NCBI GenBank assembly: GCA_009377635.1
Contig: WHTR01000004.1
Location: 1,682 to 65,681 of the forward strand
Source of the DNA: Chloroflexota bacterium
GTDB taxonomy: Bacteria > Chloroflexota > UBA6077 > SHYK01
Reading direction: 5' to 3'
Length of the DNA: 64,000 nucleotides
Of this stretch, positions 53,587 to 62,835 are shown one piece after another. The notes under the pieces were generated by a model. It did no database searches and was not told the DNA's origin. It saw nothing but the letters and a program-made list of their open reading frames with translations. Position numbers and translations under genes: made by a program. Position 1 is the first letter of the stretch. Every line of letters starts with the position of its first letter.

Positions 53587-54033
53587 CTAGATTGCTTCCG
53601 GGAGCTGTCCTTCCGCCATGCGCTTGAATCGCCGTAGGTCCACGTCCAGCATCTGATCCACGTTCTGCGCGAGGTGCGCGACTGCCTCGCCCACGAAGCC
53701 CCCGGGCGCATCGAACCACTGCAGAATGACATGGACCAGCGTCTGACCACCCACCTCCGAGAACGTTACGTTGCCCGAGGTTCCGATCTGACTTCGACCG
53801 TCGATGGAACGCCAGCCGATGGAGCGGCTCGGCTCGTCCTCGCACGTCTCAGCGTCGAACTCGACCTGTGTTCCCATCGGTCCTCGGATCTTCCAGTGCG
53901 ACTCGCGACCATTCAGCTTTCGAACGTCGAGTACGTGCTCCATGAAGTTCGGGAAGTGCTCGAAATCGGACCACAACTCGTACGCCTGATTCGGAGAAAC
54001 AGCCACGCGCACTGATCGTTCAACGCGCTGCAT
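53587..54033 (-). CDS. SRPBCC (polyketide cyclase/dehydrase-like) family protein
   Basis: VERSVRVAVSPNQAYELWSDFEHFPNFMEHV...W.I.GP.G and following sequence is the typical SRPBCC pattern. Confidence 0.75.
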   Translation of the reverse strand: MQRVERSVRVAVSPNQAYELWSDFEHFPNFMEHVLDVRKLNGRESHWKIRGPMGTQVEFDAETCEDEPSRSIGWRSIDGRSQIGTSGNVTFSEVGGQTLVHVILQWFDAPGGFVGEAVAHLAQNVDQMLDVDLRRFKRMAEGQLPEAI

Positions 54034-54288
54034 CGCCCCGCTCCATGTTCTCGAATTGCCCGCTTACAACTATGCGGCGCAGCGGTTGAGGGGCTCGTGG
54101 CTGGGCGTGAACGGAGCGTTACGGCTGCCTCCCGCGCACGGTGCCCAATCGCGAATCGTGAACCGACCGATGCCGCGGCTCAGCTCTCCTCGGCTCACGA
54201 CGATGGTTGACGCTGCTGAGACGCTTCTCAACCGGGGCGGACACCTGGCGCTGAGAGACTTTCGTAGCCTGCGGTGGAGGAGCTGACG

Positions 54289-54783
54289 ATGCGGATGGTC
54301 TGGCGGAGAATCTCACGTCGACGCGCAGTTGCCGTGCCATCACTTCTAGCAGCTGGCGTTATCGGCGCGGGACTCGCATATCTCCTGGATCCCGATCATG
54401 GACGCAGGCGGCGGGCCATCGTACGCGACCGGCTGACCGCCGCGGCGCGCCGTGGCGCTCGCCAGTCGGGGCGGTGGGGTCGATATACGGCATCGACCGT
54501 TTCCGGGTGGAGCCTGAAAGCGGCCCGGCTCGGTCGCGTCGAGACCGAGCCGGTAAACGACCTGACCCTGTCGCACCGCGTGGAGAGCGAGCTGTTTCGG
54601 GATTCAAGGGTTCCCAAGGGACAGATCAACGTCAACGCCGAGCAAGGCGTCATCGTGTTGCGCGGAGCGCTTGATCGGCCAGAGCAGATTCGGGGAGTCG
54701 AGGAGCGCGTGCGCCGCGTTCTCGGCGTCGTTGACGTCGACAACCAGCTTCATCTGATCAACACGCCAGCCCCGAACGGCTGA
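54289..54783 (+). CDS. membrane-anchored BON domain protein
   Basis: GGAGGAG RBS 6 nt before ATG 54289. TM helix (AVAVPSLLAAGVIGAGLAYLL), then C-terminal BON (LSHRVESELFRDSRVPKGQINVNAEQGVIVLRGALDRPEQIRGVEERVRRVLGVVDVDNQLHL). Confidence 0.8.
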   Translation: MRMVWRRISRRRAVAVPSLLAAGVIGAGLAYLLDPDHGRRRRAIVRDRLTAAARRGARQSGRWGRYTASTVSGWSLKAARLGRVETEPVNDLTLSHRVESELFRDSRVPKGQINVNAEQGVIVLRGALDRPEQIRGVEERVRRVLGVVDVDNQLHLINTPAPNG

Positions 54784-54878
54784 GACACGCTTCTGGTTCC
54801 GATGCAGCGTTCACGCAGACGCCCGACGCTCGGGCCAGGTGACGTTTGGGACAGTCCGACTCAATCATGTGTGGCGTA

Positions 54879-56945
54879 TCAGGCGGCGGGCACGGCCTGC
54901 TCAGCCGAGGCCGCAGCGGCGGACGTCGCCAACGGGAGCTTGACGATGACCGTCGTGCCGTCGCCCTGCTGGCTGTCGATGTGGAACGTGCCCCCGTGCT
55001 GCTGGACGATCTGTCGCGACCCGGAGATCCCCAGTCCGTAGCCGCCGGTCTGTCCAACGACGTTGCCTCCCCGGGAGTATCGGTCGAAGATCGTGGGAAG
55101 ATCGCTCGCCGGAATTCCGACTCCCTCGTCTCGCACGGTCAGCACCGCCCACTGCGTGCTGCTGTCTTCTTGACAGAATACATTGACGGTGACGCAGCCA
55201 CCGTTCGGGCTGTATTTGACCGCATTGGCGAGCACGTTGCGCACCACCCGGTCAAGACGGAGCTGATCCCACTGGCCAATGATGCACACCGATTCAGCCG
55301 CCACGCGTATCTCGTGTCGATCGGTGGTGCATTGTGTGTCCGCGGCGACCTGTCGGGCCAGCGTCACGAGGTCAGTCGGCTGCGGCCGCAGGTCCAGCGT
55401 CCTTCCCACCTCAAGGGCAGCGACATCCAGGAGCTCGTCAAGCTGCGTCGCCATGGCGTGGGCCCGCTCGTGGATGCGGCGCATGTGGACGGCGAGCTGG
55501 TCGGACGATGGATTCGCCTCGCGCTGCAGTTTCAGCTCGAGGACCTGCGTCAAGGCACTCATGCCCGCCAGCGGGTTCTTCAGATCGTGTGTGACGCTCG
55601 CCAGGACCTCATTGCGCAGGCGCAGGGCCGTCTGTGCCTTGCTCAAGAGCCGGGCGTTGTCGATGGCCAGCGCGCAGCGACGGGCCACCTCTTCGGCCAG
55701 TGCCAGATCTCTCGCCGCGTAGCAGCGGCCCGGGTTCCCCCTTGCGAAGGCCATGGCGCCGAACGTCTCCCCGCGCGCCGACAGCGGCACGATCATGGCG
55801 GAGACGCTGCCGAGCCGTTGTAGGAGCCGTGCGTAGTCCGGAAGCACTGGGAATTGTCCAACCTGTTCCGGGTCATCCGTTGAGAAGAGCTGCGACTGCC
55901 CCGTGCGGATCACGTGCACGATGCCACAGGAGGCTTGGGACTCGACGGAAAAGGTTCCCACGCGGCCCTCCACGGCGACCTCATTGCTCGGCTCGACATC
56001 GGCCGCAGCAACGGGCGCTACGGTCCCATCGTCGTGGCACAGCGCAAGCACGCATCGATCGCCTAACGCGGGGATCGCGACGTGGGCCACCTGCTGCAGG
56101 GTGACCTCCTGGTCCAGCGAGGAGTTCAACGTTGCGCCCACGGCCGCCAGGAGCTGCTGGCTGTGTTCCATCCACTTGCGTTCGGTCATGTCGCGGGCAA
56201 CCGCGGAGGCGCCGATGAGCCGCCCATCCGCAGCGCGCAGTGGCGAGACCGTCAGCCACACGTCGATTCGCCGCCCGTCTTTGGCCACCCGTACCGTCTC
56301 GTAGGGTTCCACCCGATGACCGCGTCGAATACGTGCCATGATGGAAGGAAGCTCGTCCGGGCATTCGGGTGGGATCAAGAGGGAGATCGGCCGTCCCACG
56401 GCTTCGTTGGCCGTGTAGCCGTAGAGCCGCTCGGCGCCCCGATTCCAACTCGTGATCACGCCGTCCAGGGTCTTGCCGATAATCGCGTCCTGCGAGGATT
56501 CGACGATGGCCGCGAGATACGCGCGAGCCGCCTCCGCGGATTGGCGTTCGGTGATGTCCACCAAGATGTTCACGGCACCGATGAGATTGCCCTGCGTGTC
56601 GCGGAGGGGGTTAGCGTGGGCGAGGACGGTCGCACGCGTGCCGTCCCTGCGCTCGATGACGATCTCCTGACCGTTGAACTCTCGGTTCTCCCGGAGCGCC
56701 CGCGCCATCCAGCAGCGGTCGTGGCGAATCGGGGTCCCGTCCGTCGCAAAGAGGCGGAAGGAACCACAGAAACGATCCGCAGGATGATTCACCTTCGGCG
56801 ACCGCCCCCACAACTCCACCGCGTGCTGATTGAAATACGTGATCAAGCCGTCGGAATCGCAGGTGTAGGCACCTGCCGGCAGCTTTTCCAGCAGGAGACG
56901 AAGATCCGCTTCGCTGCGGTGGCCGACCAGACCTTCTCCTTGCAT
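54879..56945 (-). CDS. PAS-PAS-GAF sensor histidine kinase (cytoplasmic)
   Basis: AAGGAGAG RBS before ATG 56945. Two PAS/PAC units, a GAF domain, H-box LASVTHDLKNPLAGM, and HATPase N/G boxes (VLANAVKYSP, DEGVGIP, GGYGLGIS). Confidence 0.9.
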   Translation of the reverse strand: MQGEGLVGHRSEADLRLLLEKLPAGAYTCDSDGLITYFNQHAVELWGRSPKVNHPADRFCGSFRLFATDGTPIRHDRCWMARALRENREFNGQEIVIERRDGTRATVLAHANPLRDTQGNLIGAVNILVDITERQSAEAARAYLAAIVESSQDAIIGKTLDGVITSWNRGAERLYGYTANEAVGRPISLLIPPECPDELPSIMARIRRGHRVEPYETVRVAKDGRRIDVWLTVSPLRAADGRLIGASAVARDMTERKWMEHSQQLLAAVGATLNSSLDQEVTLQQVAHVAIPALGDRCVLALCHDDGTVAPVAAADVEPSNEVAVEGRVGTFSVESQASCGIVHVIRTGQSQLFSTDDPEQVGQFPVLPDYARLLQRLGSVSAMIVPLSARGETFGAMAFARGNPGRCYAARDLALAEEVARRCALAIDNARLLSKAQTALRLRNEVLASVTHDLKNPLAGMSALTQVLELKLQREANPSSDQLAVHMRRIHERAHAMATQLDELLDVAALEVGRTLDLRPQPTDLVTLARQVAADTQCTTDRHEIRVAAESVCIIGQWDQLRLDRVVRNVLANAVKYSPNGGCVTVNVFCQEDSSTQWAVLTVRDEGVGIPASDLPTIFDRYSRGGNVVGQTGGYGLGISGSRQIVQQHGGTFHIDSQQGDGTTVIVKLPLATSAAAASAEQAVPAA

Positions 56946-57240
56946 CGTTGCACTCTCCTTCTCATGGAGGAGCCGAAGACTAGGTGGTGCCAGACTCCTC
57001 AACGTGAAGCCCCGAGATGGTCTGCATATAAGTGTAGGGAGGTACCGTCTCCATTTCAACTAGAAGCTGCACGCACGTGCTCACGTGGCGGCAACGACCG
57101 AATCGTTGACACTCGCTGCCATATGTCTGTTACATCGGCCACTAAGACCGAGAAAGCTCCAGTTCGGACAAGGCAGAGGAGCGTTGGGTGCGTCCGCCGA
57201 CCGGTAAGCCCGCGGAATGCGCTGCCTCGTTCGCCACTCC

Positions 57241-58899
57241 CTACCCGAGCTCCCACAGGTGGGCGTTCGGGATAGGCGACCTCACTGAGCGGGGCTCGAC
57301 GTTCTTCAGGCGCTGATGCTTCATCTGCGGAACGACGTTGTAGAAGAGGTGGATGACCACGACATTCTCCGTGAGATGCCGGACTACATCCCCGAGGACG
57401 GCGTCTCGCTCTGACCCGGGCAACATCTGGAAGTAGCGATCGATGAAAGTGTCCAGCTCGGGATTCATGTACCGAGCCCGGTTCGAGCCACGGAAGTTGT
57501 TCTCGGGAAGGGGCGTCCGCGAGCTGAGGAATCGCGTGTCGAGCTCGGTTCGCAGCGCCGCCATCTGGAAGCCAGGTCGAGAGGCCATGACCGAGTCGTC
57601 CGCGGTCGACGGGATGATATTCGGCGCAGCCGCGACCCCTACCCTTCGCCAGTAGTCCACGATCGCCAGCGTGGTGCGCTCGTAGGTGTCGGAGCCGCCC
57701 GCAGTCCACGCTTGAACCTGGAGCTCCCGGTTCGCGGCGTCTCGGAATAGACCGTCCGAACCCCTCGTGAAGCCTAGGTCAGCGATGAGCTGCGCGGCCC
57801 GCTGCGGATCGTACGGGTACTCGACGATGCGGTCCTTGATGGACCCGAAGCCGGGGCCGGTGGGCGCGGGCAGGGAAGACGCTACTGCTCCTACGCCTGC
57901 CTGGACCGATTGAAGGATCTCGTCGCGGTCGATCGCGTGGGCGAGCGCGCGCCTGAGGCGCACGTCGAGGAGGATCGACGGGTCCGGCTCGTAGAACTGG
58001 GGATAGGCCACAGCCTGGGTCTGGAAGTTGGGTGAGTAGATGACCTCGCCGTCGGCCCAGCTGTCCTTCACACGGAGAGCCTGATCGATCGACAATCCGC
58101 TCCCGACCGTGAGATCGACCTCGTCGGCAAGGAGGTTCGCCATGAGCGTGTTCACCTCCGGGATGTACCGGAGCTCGATCTCATCGATCTTCGGACGCCC
58201 GAGGACGTAGCCGTCGAATGCCTTGAGGAGCATGTGCGTGCCGGGGACGAATTCGGTGACGATGAAGGGGCCATTGCCGACGAACTCAGTCGTCCAATAG
58301 CGGAGATCTATGAAACTAACGGGGTCGTCGCTGAACGGCTCCTTGAGCAGGTGCCGGGGGAGCGGGGGTGCGAAGATGTTGCTGAAGAGCCAGTTCGCCT
58401 GCGGATAGAGGCTATTCCAGGTGATCACGATCGTGCGATCGTCGATCGGATCCACGCTCTCGATTAGCTCGAAAGCGGCGGAGCCGAAATTGCTGTGCGG
58501 ATACATCTTCCCAACACTCACGCCGAACACCGCGTCCACGGCCGCGAACGGCGTTCCATCGTGCCAGCGCGCTCCCTCGCGGATTGCGACGGTCGTCTCC
58601 ATTCGGCCGTCGGGGAAGATCTTCCAGAGGCCGTTCTCCCGTGTTGGGAGCGCCTCGGCGAGGTGGGCTGCCGGCTCGCCCGACGCGTCGAAGCGGACGA
58701 GGGCGGACAGGACCAGCTCGTCGGTGTCCTCCGAACCGGTGCCGCGGACGTCCGCTCCCGGACCCGGGAGCCCGACGGTGATCCGCTTGGACTCGGTGGG
58801 CCCTTCCGATCCGGCCGTGCCGACGGAACCTCCATCCTGGGGTCCGCACGGGGCAACGAACATCACGAAGACGAGTGAGCCGATGAGTGTTCGCTTCAT
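57241..58899 (-). CDS. family-5 ABC transporter substrate-binding lipoprotein (peptide/nickel type), orphan
   Basis: Signal peptide and lipobox (LVFVMFVAPCG). Full-length SBP_bac_5-like body. No permease or ATPase genes are adjacent. Confidence 0.85.
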   Translation of the reverse strand: MKRTLIGSLVFVMFVAPCGPQDGGSVGTAGSEGPTESKRITVGLPGPGADVRGTGSEDTDELVLSALVRFDASGEPAAHLAEALPTRENGLWKIFPDGRMETTVAIREGARWHDGTPFAAVDAVFGVSVGKMYPHSNFGSAAFELIESVDPIDDRTIVITWNSLYPQANWLFSNIFAPPLPRHLLKEPFSDDPVSFIDLRYWTTEFVGNGPFIVTEFVPGTHMLLKAFDGYVLGRPKIDEIELRYIPEVNTLMANLLADEVDLTVGSGLSIDQALRVKDSWADGEVIYSPNFQTQAVAYPQFYEPDPSILLDVRLRRALAHAIDRDEILQSVQAGVGAVASSLPAPTGPGFGSIKDRIVEYPYDPQRAAQLIADLGFTRGSDGLFRDAANRELQVQAWTAGGSDTYERTTLAIVDYWRRVGVAAAPNIIPSTADDSVMASRPGFQMAALRTELDTRFLSSRTPLPENNFRGSNRARYMNPELDTFIDRYFQMLPGSERDAVLGDVVRHLTENVVVIHLFYNVVPQMKHQRLKNVEPRSVRSPIPNAHLWELG

Positions 58900-59385
58900 G
58901 GGCACGTCCTTTTTGTGTTGGAATCGCTTTGCCGGTGGATCCGGCATGTTGGGCGTGCGTCTCACGCCCCGACGAACTGGCCCTGATGAACAATCGCCGT
59001 TCGAACCTGAAGGGCCTGTGCCAGTCAATCTCCATGGCGCCCAAGCAGATTGCACACGCCAAGGGAATCCAATACGCTTCGTCACATCGAGAGATCGGCA
59101 AGCCTTTAGCCCGGCCCCTCATGGGGGTGCAGATCCCTTGTCATCATTGACAGGTCAACGTGGCTGCCGCGCCGAGCACGGGATCGGCAGTCAGAACTTG
59201 ACAGTTGGGGCGTCGCCCGGCGTGCGGGGCTGATCGTGTTTGGGGAAGATACGACCTGGGCCTAGCAGTCGACCTCGGTCGCCCGCCCGACCCACCACCT
59301 GTGTCATCGCGGGCACACGTCTCGGTCGTGTCCCGCACGCAAGACCTACAGCCAAGGCGTACACTGCGCTCCACGGAGGTGGCGG

Positions 59386-60459
59386 ATGCAAATCAACGGT
59401 CTCCGCGTTCGGCGGATCGTCATGCCGCGTGTGGACCTTGCGTGGCGCACCGCCTCGTACGCGGCAAGCGTCGTGGAGGGCTGCGTCGCCGAGGTCGATG
59501 CCGAGGGGGTCACCGGGATCGGCGGCACGTCCGTGCGTCCCAGTGGCTTCACAGCGCAGGAGCTCGAGGCACAGCTCAATGGGCCCGTGCGCCGGCTGCT
59601 CATAGGGGCAGACGTCGGTGAACGGACGATGATCCGAGAGACGCTCCGCTCGGCAGGGATCCATCGTTCCGCCGTGTTCATGGCCGACCTCGCCCTGCTG
59701 GACCTGCTTGGCAAAGCCGCAGGCGTGCCCTCCTGCGCCCTTTGGGGTGGCGCCGTCCGCCCTGGCGGTCCGGTCGTGCGGTTCGTCGGCCTGAAGCCGC
59801 CGGGCGAGCTGGTCGCGGCCGCATCCGACATGCTGGAGCAAGGATTCAGCCATCTGAAGATTAAGCTGGGCACGACCGTCGACGAGGACGTTGAGCGGAT
59901 TCGCGTGTTGCGGAGCACCTTCGGCGACCGGTTGTGGATCTCGGTGGACGGGAATGGTGCATATGCGGTCGACGACGCCATCGCCCTGAGCAGAGGTTTG
60001 GAGCCCTACGAGGTGGCCCTGATCGAACAGCCGATCAACTACCACGACCTGGACGGGCTGGTCCGTCTCACGGCCACGAGCCCGATCCCCATCATGACGG
60101 ATCAGTACGTGAACAGCCTGGACCGGGCGCTCGAGGTCTGCCGGCACCGTGCCGCTCACATCGTCTCAGTGAAGATCGGGCAGCTCGGCTCCGTCGACGA
60201 GTGCCGTCGGGCAGCCGAGCTGTGCCTCGCGTTCGGGATGCGCGTTCACGTCGGCGGCGGGGCGCAACCGGCCGTCGTGGACGCTGCCCAGGCACAGGTC
60301 GCGGTGTCAGTTCCCGGCATCGAGGAGGAGGCGGAGGTCGGCGAATTCCTAGCCCTCACCGGCGATCCGACCGGCGGACCAACGATTCGCGACGGCCGCT
60401 TCGAGGTCGGCTCAGCCCCCGGGCTCGGAGTGACGCTGACGCCATCTGAGGGTCTCTAG
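59386..60459 (+). CDS. enolase-superfamily enzyme (mandelate racemase/muconate-lactonizing/dipeptide-epimerase-like)
   Basis: KIKLG..., metal-ligand pattern VDGNGAY...IEQP...MTDQ, and SVKIGQLG. 357 aa. Confidence 0.8.
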   Translation: MQINGLRVRRIVMPRVDLAWRTASYAASVVEGCVAEVDAEGVTGIGGTSVRPSGFTAQELEAQLNGPVRRLLIGADVGERTMIRETLRSAGIHRSAVFMADLALLDLLGKAAGVPSCALWGGAVRPGGPVVRFVGLKPPGELVAAASDMLEQGFSHLKIKLGTTVDEDVERIRVLRSTFGDRLWISVDGNGAYAVDDAIALSRGLEPYEVALIEQPINYHDLDGLVRLTATSPIPIMTDQYVNSLDRALEVCRHRAAHIVSVKIGQLGSVDECRRAAELCLAFGMRVHVGGGAQPAVVDAAQAQVAVSVPGIEEEAEVGEFLALTGDPTGGPTIRDGRFEVGSAPGLGVTLTPSEGL

Positions 60460-60619
60460 GAACGCAGACTACAAAGCGGTGTTATCCTCAACCGCCTGGA
60501 GCGGGAACGTGCGCTTCAACACGCCGGTTCTGTTGGTCGGAGCCAACCGAACGTTCAATGCGTCGCGCTGGAATGGCGCTGACCGCTGATCGAGCCGGTC
60601 GGGCGCCCCTGCCGAGACA

Positions 60620-61090
60620 CTACAATGCCCAAAGAAGGAGAACGCTCACCGCCGTCAGGCCGCCCGCCGTTGCAATCGACTCCAGGTGGACTTTGCGGGC
60701 CTGGCGTCGAACCTGCGCAAGTACGGCCTGATCGTCGATCCGTTCCTCACCCCGGTCGAGATTGCGCGCGCCGCGCGCCGCAAGGCTCACTCAGGTCTTT
60801 TCAAGCGCCTGAAAGACGCCTGTGGCTCCACCCCAATAGGGGAGGAACAGGACGAGCCCCCACAGATGGCCAGCGCTGAAGGCGGCGAAGGCGGCCAGCA
60901 GCCCGATGCCGACGGCCGCCATGACTATCCCGCTGAAGAGACGCCGGCGCCGTTGCGCCGGCCCGATATTCGGAATGCAGACATCCATCAGGCCGGGTTC
61001 GTCCACCCCCTGCTCTCCACTGGAGCCAGCGGACGAGCGGTGTCGCAGATCGCTGGTAGACTGTTCACTCATTCGATTATGCCAAATCAT
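60620..61090 (-). CDS. YgaP/DUF2892-like small membrane protein with an in-frame TGA
   Basis: ...DVCIPNIGPAQRRRRLFSGIVMAAVGIGLL...LFLPYWGGATGVFQALEKT[TGA 60791-60793]VSLAARGARNLDRGEERIDD...LTAVSVLLLWAL, with a TAG stop at 60620. The ORF stays open in frame for 56 codons after the TGA. The start is uncertain (61090, 61072 or 60988). Confidence 0.55.
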
Positions 61091-61159
61091 TTTGGAATTC
61101 TAACTGATTCTAATGGCGGTCCGTGTACACCTGCAATGTGGCGCGATCAAGGTTCCCAC

Positions 61160-61624
61160 CTAGAGCTTGTGACGTATGGTCTTGGTGAGCTTGCCACTGG
61201 CGTCATATGTCCGCCATTCGCCGACCTGTTTGTTGTTGACGTACTCACCCTCGTCATACAGTGCCCCGTTGGGATGGTAGCTCTTCCAGATGCCGACTCT
61301 CCTTTCGTCATCAAGTGAACCGGTCTGCGTCAGCTCTCCGTTCTCGCGATACCATTTCCAGTCACCCGTCATCTGGCCGTCAGAGTATCTTCCAATCGCT
61401 TTCAGCAATCCGTTACGCAGAAAGTATCTCCACTCACCGACCTTCTCGCCGTTGCTGTACTCGCCGATGCATGACAACGTGCCGTCTTTGAAGTATTCCC
61501 GGTACATGCCATTCTTCAACTTCCCGTCAGCGTCGAACTTGCTGGTATCCACTTTCACCGGCGGATGTTCCCCTTGAGCCACTGTCTCACCGAAAGCGTC
61601 GAATCGCTCAGTGTGCATTGACAT
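61160..61624 (-). CDS. MORN-repeat-variant protein (YwqK-family antitoxin/immunity-like)
   Basis: Repeated G.y.eYy.nG.l...G.y.nG...G.W..Y..nG units (GMYREYFKDGTLSCIGEYSNGEKVGEWRYFLRNG...). GC is visibly lower than in the neighbours. Confidence 0.7.
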   Translation of the reverse strand: MSMHTERFDAFGETVAQGEHPPVKVDTSKFDADGKLKNGMYREYFKDGTLSCIGEYSNGEKVGEWRYFLRNGLLKAIGRYSDGQMTGDWKWYRENGELTQTGSLDDERRVGIWKSYHPNGALYDEGEYVNNKQVGEWRTYDASGKLTKTIRHKL

Positions 61625-62222
61625 AAGCTGCCATCACCGCGAGTCGCTCGTCCTTCGGATCCCCCACAACGCGAGCAAACCCGGCCGTGCGCAACCAGTC
61701 CAAATGTGCCTGAAGTCCGCCATTCCGGACGTAGTCAGCGTCTAGGAACACGCCATCGGGCCTGAGCACCCGCCGCACACCAGCGTAGACGCTCGCCATC
61801 AGCTCCGGCTCGCGAAGATTGTGGATGCAGATCGCCGACACGGCGAGGTCGAAGGGCCCGCCGGTGGTCTCCGTCCACGCTGGCGACGCGAGGTCGCTCT
61901 GGACATACCGGATACGGTCGGCATATGCCGCCAGCCGTCGCTGCGATTGCTCGAACATCGGAGCCGAGTAGTCCTGCAGGGTAACCCGGGCATTGGGAAA
62001 CGTTTGCAACACGACCTCGGAAACCACACCGTATCCGGCTCCGATGTCCAGCACCTCGATCGGTGCATCGGATGCGAACGGGGCGAGTTTGAGCATCTCG
62101 CGCAGCATCGGACGCCGTTCGTTGTCCCTCGTGACGTCGGAGGTGATCCATTCATCGACATACGTGGCGGAGTGCCAGTCATGATGTCCTCGCTGTCGCT
62201 CACGTTCGGGTGCCCAGCTCAT
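61608..62222 (-). CDS. class I SAM-dependent methyltransferase
   Basis: Motif I VLDIGAGYGVVS, and post-I and motif II/III spacing (TLQDYS...LAVSAICIHNL...VLRPDGVFL). Confidence 0.8.
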   Translation of the reverse strand: MSWAPERERQRGHHDWHSATYVDEWITSDVTRDNERRPMLREMLKLAPFASDAPIEVLDIGAGYGVVSEVVLQTFPNARVTLQDYSAPMFEQSQRRLAAYADRIRYVQSDLASPAWTETTGGPFDLAVSAICIHNLREPELMASVYAGVRRVLRPDGVFLDADYVRNGGLQAHLDWLRTAGFARVVGDPKDERLAVMAAYVNAH

Positions 62223-62506
62223 GTGCTTGTCCTCAATTGAAAATTTCTTGCGCGCGCAGCGCCGAACCAGTGTGTGTGACGTGCGACCGAGAGTCCCTTG
62301 GCCATGGTACTGCTTGAGGAAGCATGGGGGGAAGATCTCGCCCGAACCATCGGTTATGACTCGCTCGACCTCGGCTGCATGGTAGGCACAGGTGGCCAGA
62401 TCCTCCGGCCAACGAGATGATCGACGTACGGCTTCCCTCGTCCTTAAGCAGATGCTAATATATCGCGTTAGGAGTTTGTAACCCCATTCAGCTCACCGCC
62501 TGCGAG

Positions 62507-62734
62507 GTGGCCGTGTACTTCTGCCACTGCAAGAGTCTGAAGGTTGACGAGGTCCTGTCGATGATCCAGTCTTCAGCAGGAGGACCCGAGACCGTGATTG
62601 CGTCTCTGGGTTTGGACGACCCGGCCTGCTGCGGGAGATGTGCCGGGTGCATCAGCGAACTGCTAAAGTCCATGCGGACCGAACGGCCAGGCCAGCCGGG
62701 ACCCAACGCCAGCCTGCGAATGCGCCCCGGCTGA
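62507..62734 (+). CDS. bfd: bacterioferritin-associated ferredoxin (BFD-like [2Fe-2S])
   Basis: VYFCHCKSLKVDEV...ACCGRCAGCI is the Bfd Cys pattern CxC...CxxC. It lies directly upstream of bfr. Confidence 0.75.
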   Translation: MAVYFCHCKSLKVDEVLSMIQSSAGGPETVIASLGLDDPACCGRCAGCISELLKSMRTERPGQPGPNASLRMRPG

Positions 62735-62835
62735 ACGAACCGGAGCACACAGGCTGGGGCCTTGACCCGGAATAATCCGGCTACCCGGACCATGCGCTAA
62801 CCTGTCCCGAACCGCAAACACAGAGTGGAGTGACC

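Noticed and set aside
18262-60793. The possibility that TGA is globally reassigned (Trp or Cys) in this organism, given four in-frame TGAs (18262, 18313, 53226, 60791) at positions I recall as Trp or Cys.
   Set aside because: TGA is used as the genuine stop of many well-supported genes here, including the ATGA/GTGA-coupled junctions (20511-20514, 27443-27446, 28537-28540, 30021-30024, 30743-30746, 34737-34740, 35771-35774) and the ends of the extradiol dioxygenase, the Rieske oxygenase and the LigB gene. A global recoding would fuse these genes. Local Sec recoding or mutation is the only tenable reading.
62468-62486. IdeR/DtxR-like box TTAGGAGTTTGTAACCCCA upstream of bfd.
   Set aside because: Only about 11 of 19 positions match the TTAGGTTAGGCTAACCTAA consensus by my count, and the central palindrome is missing. 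Not enough to annotate as an operator.
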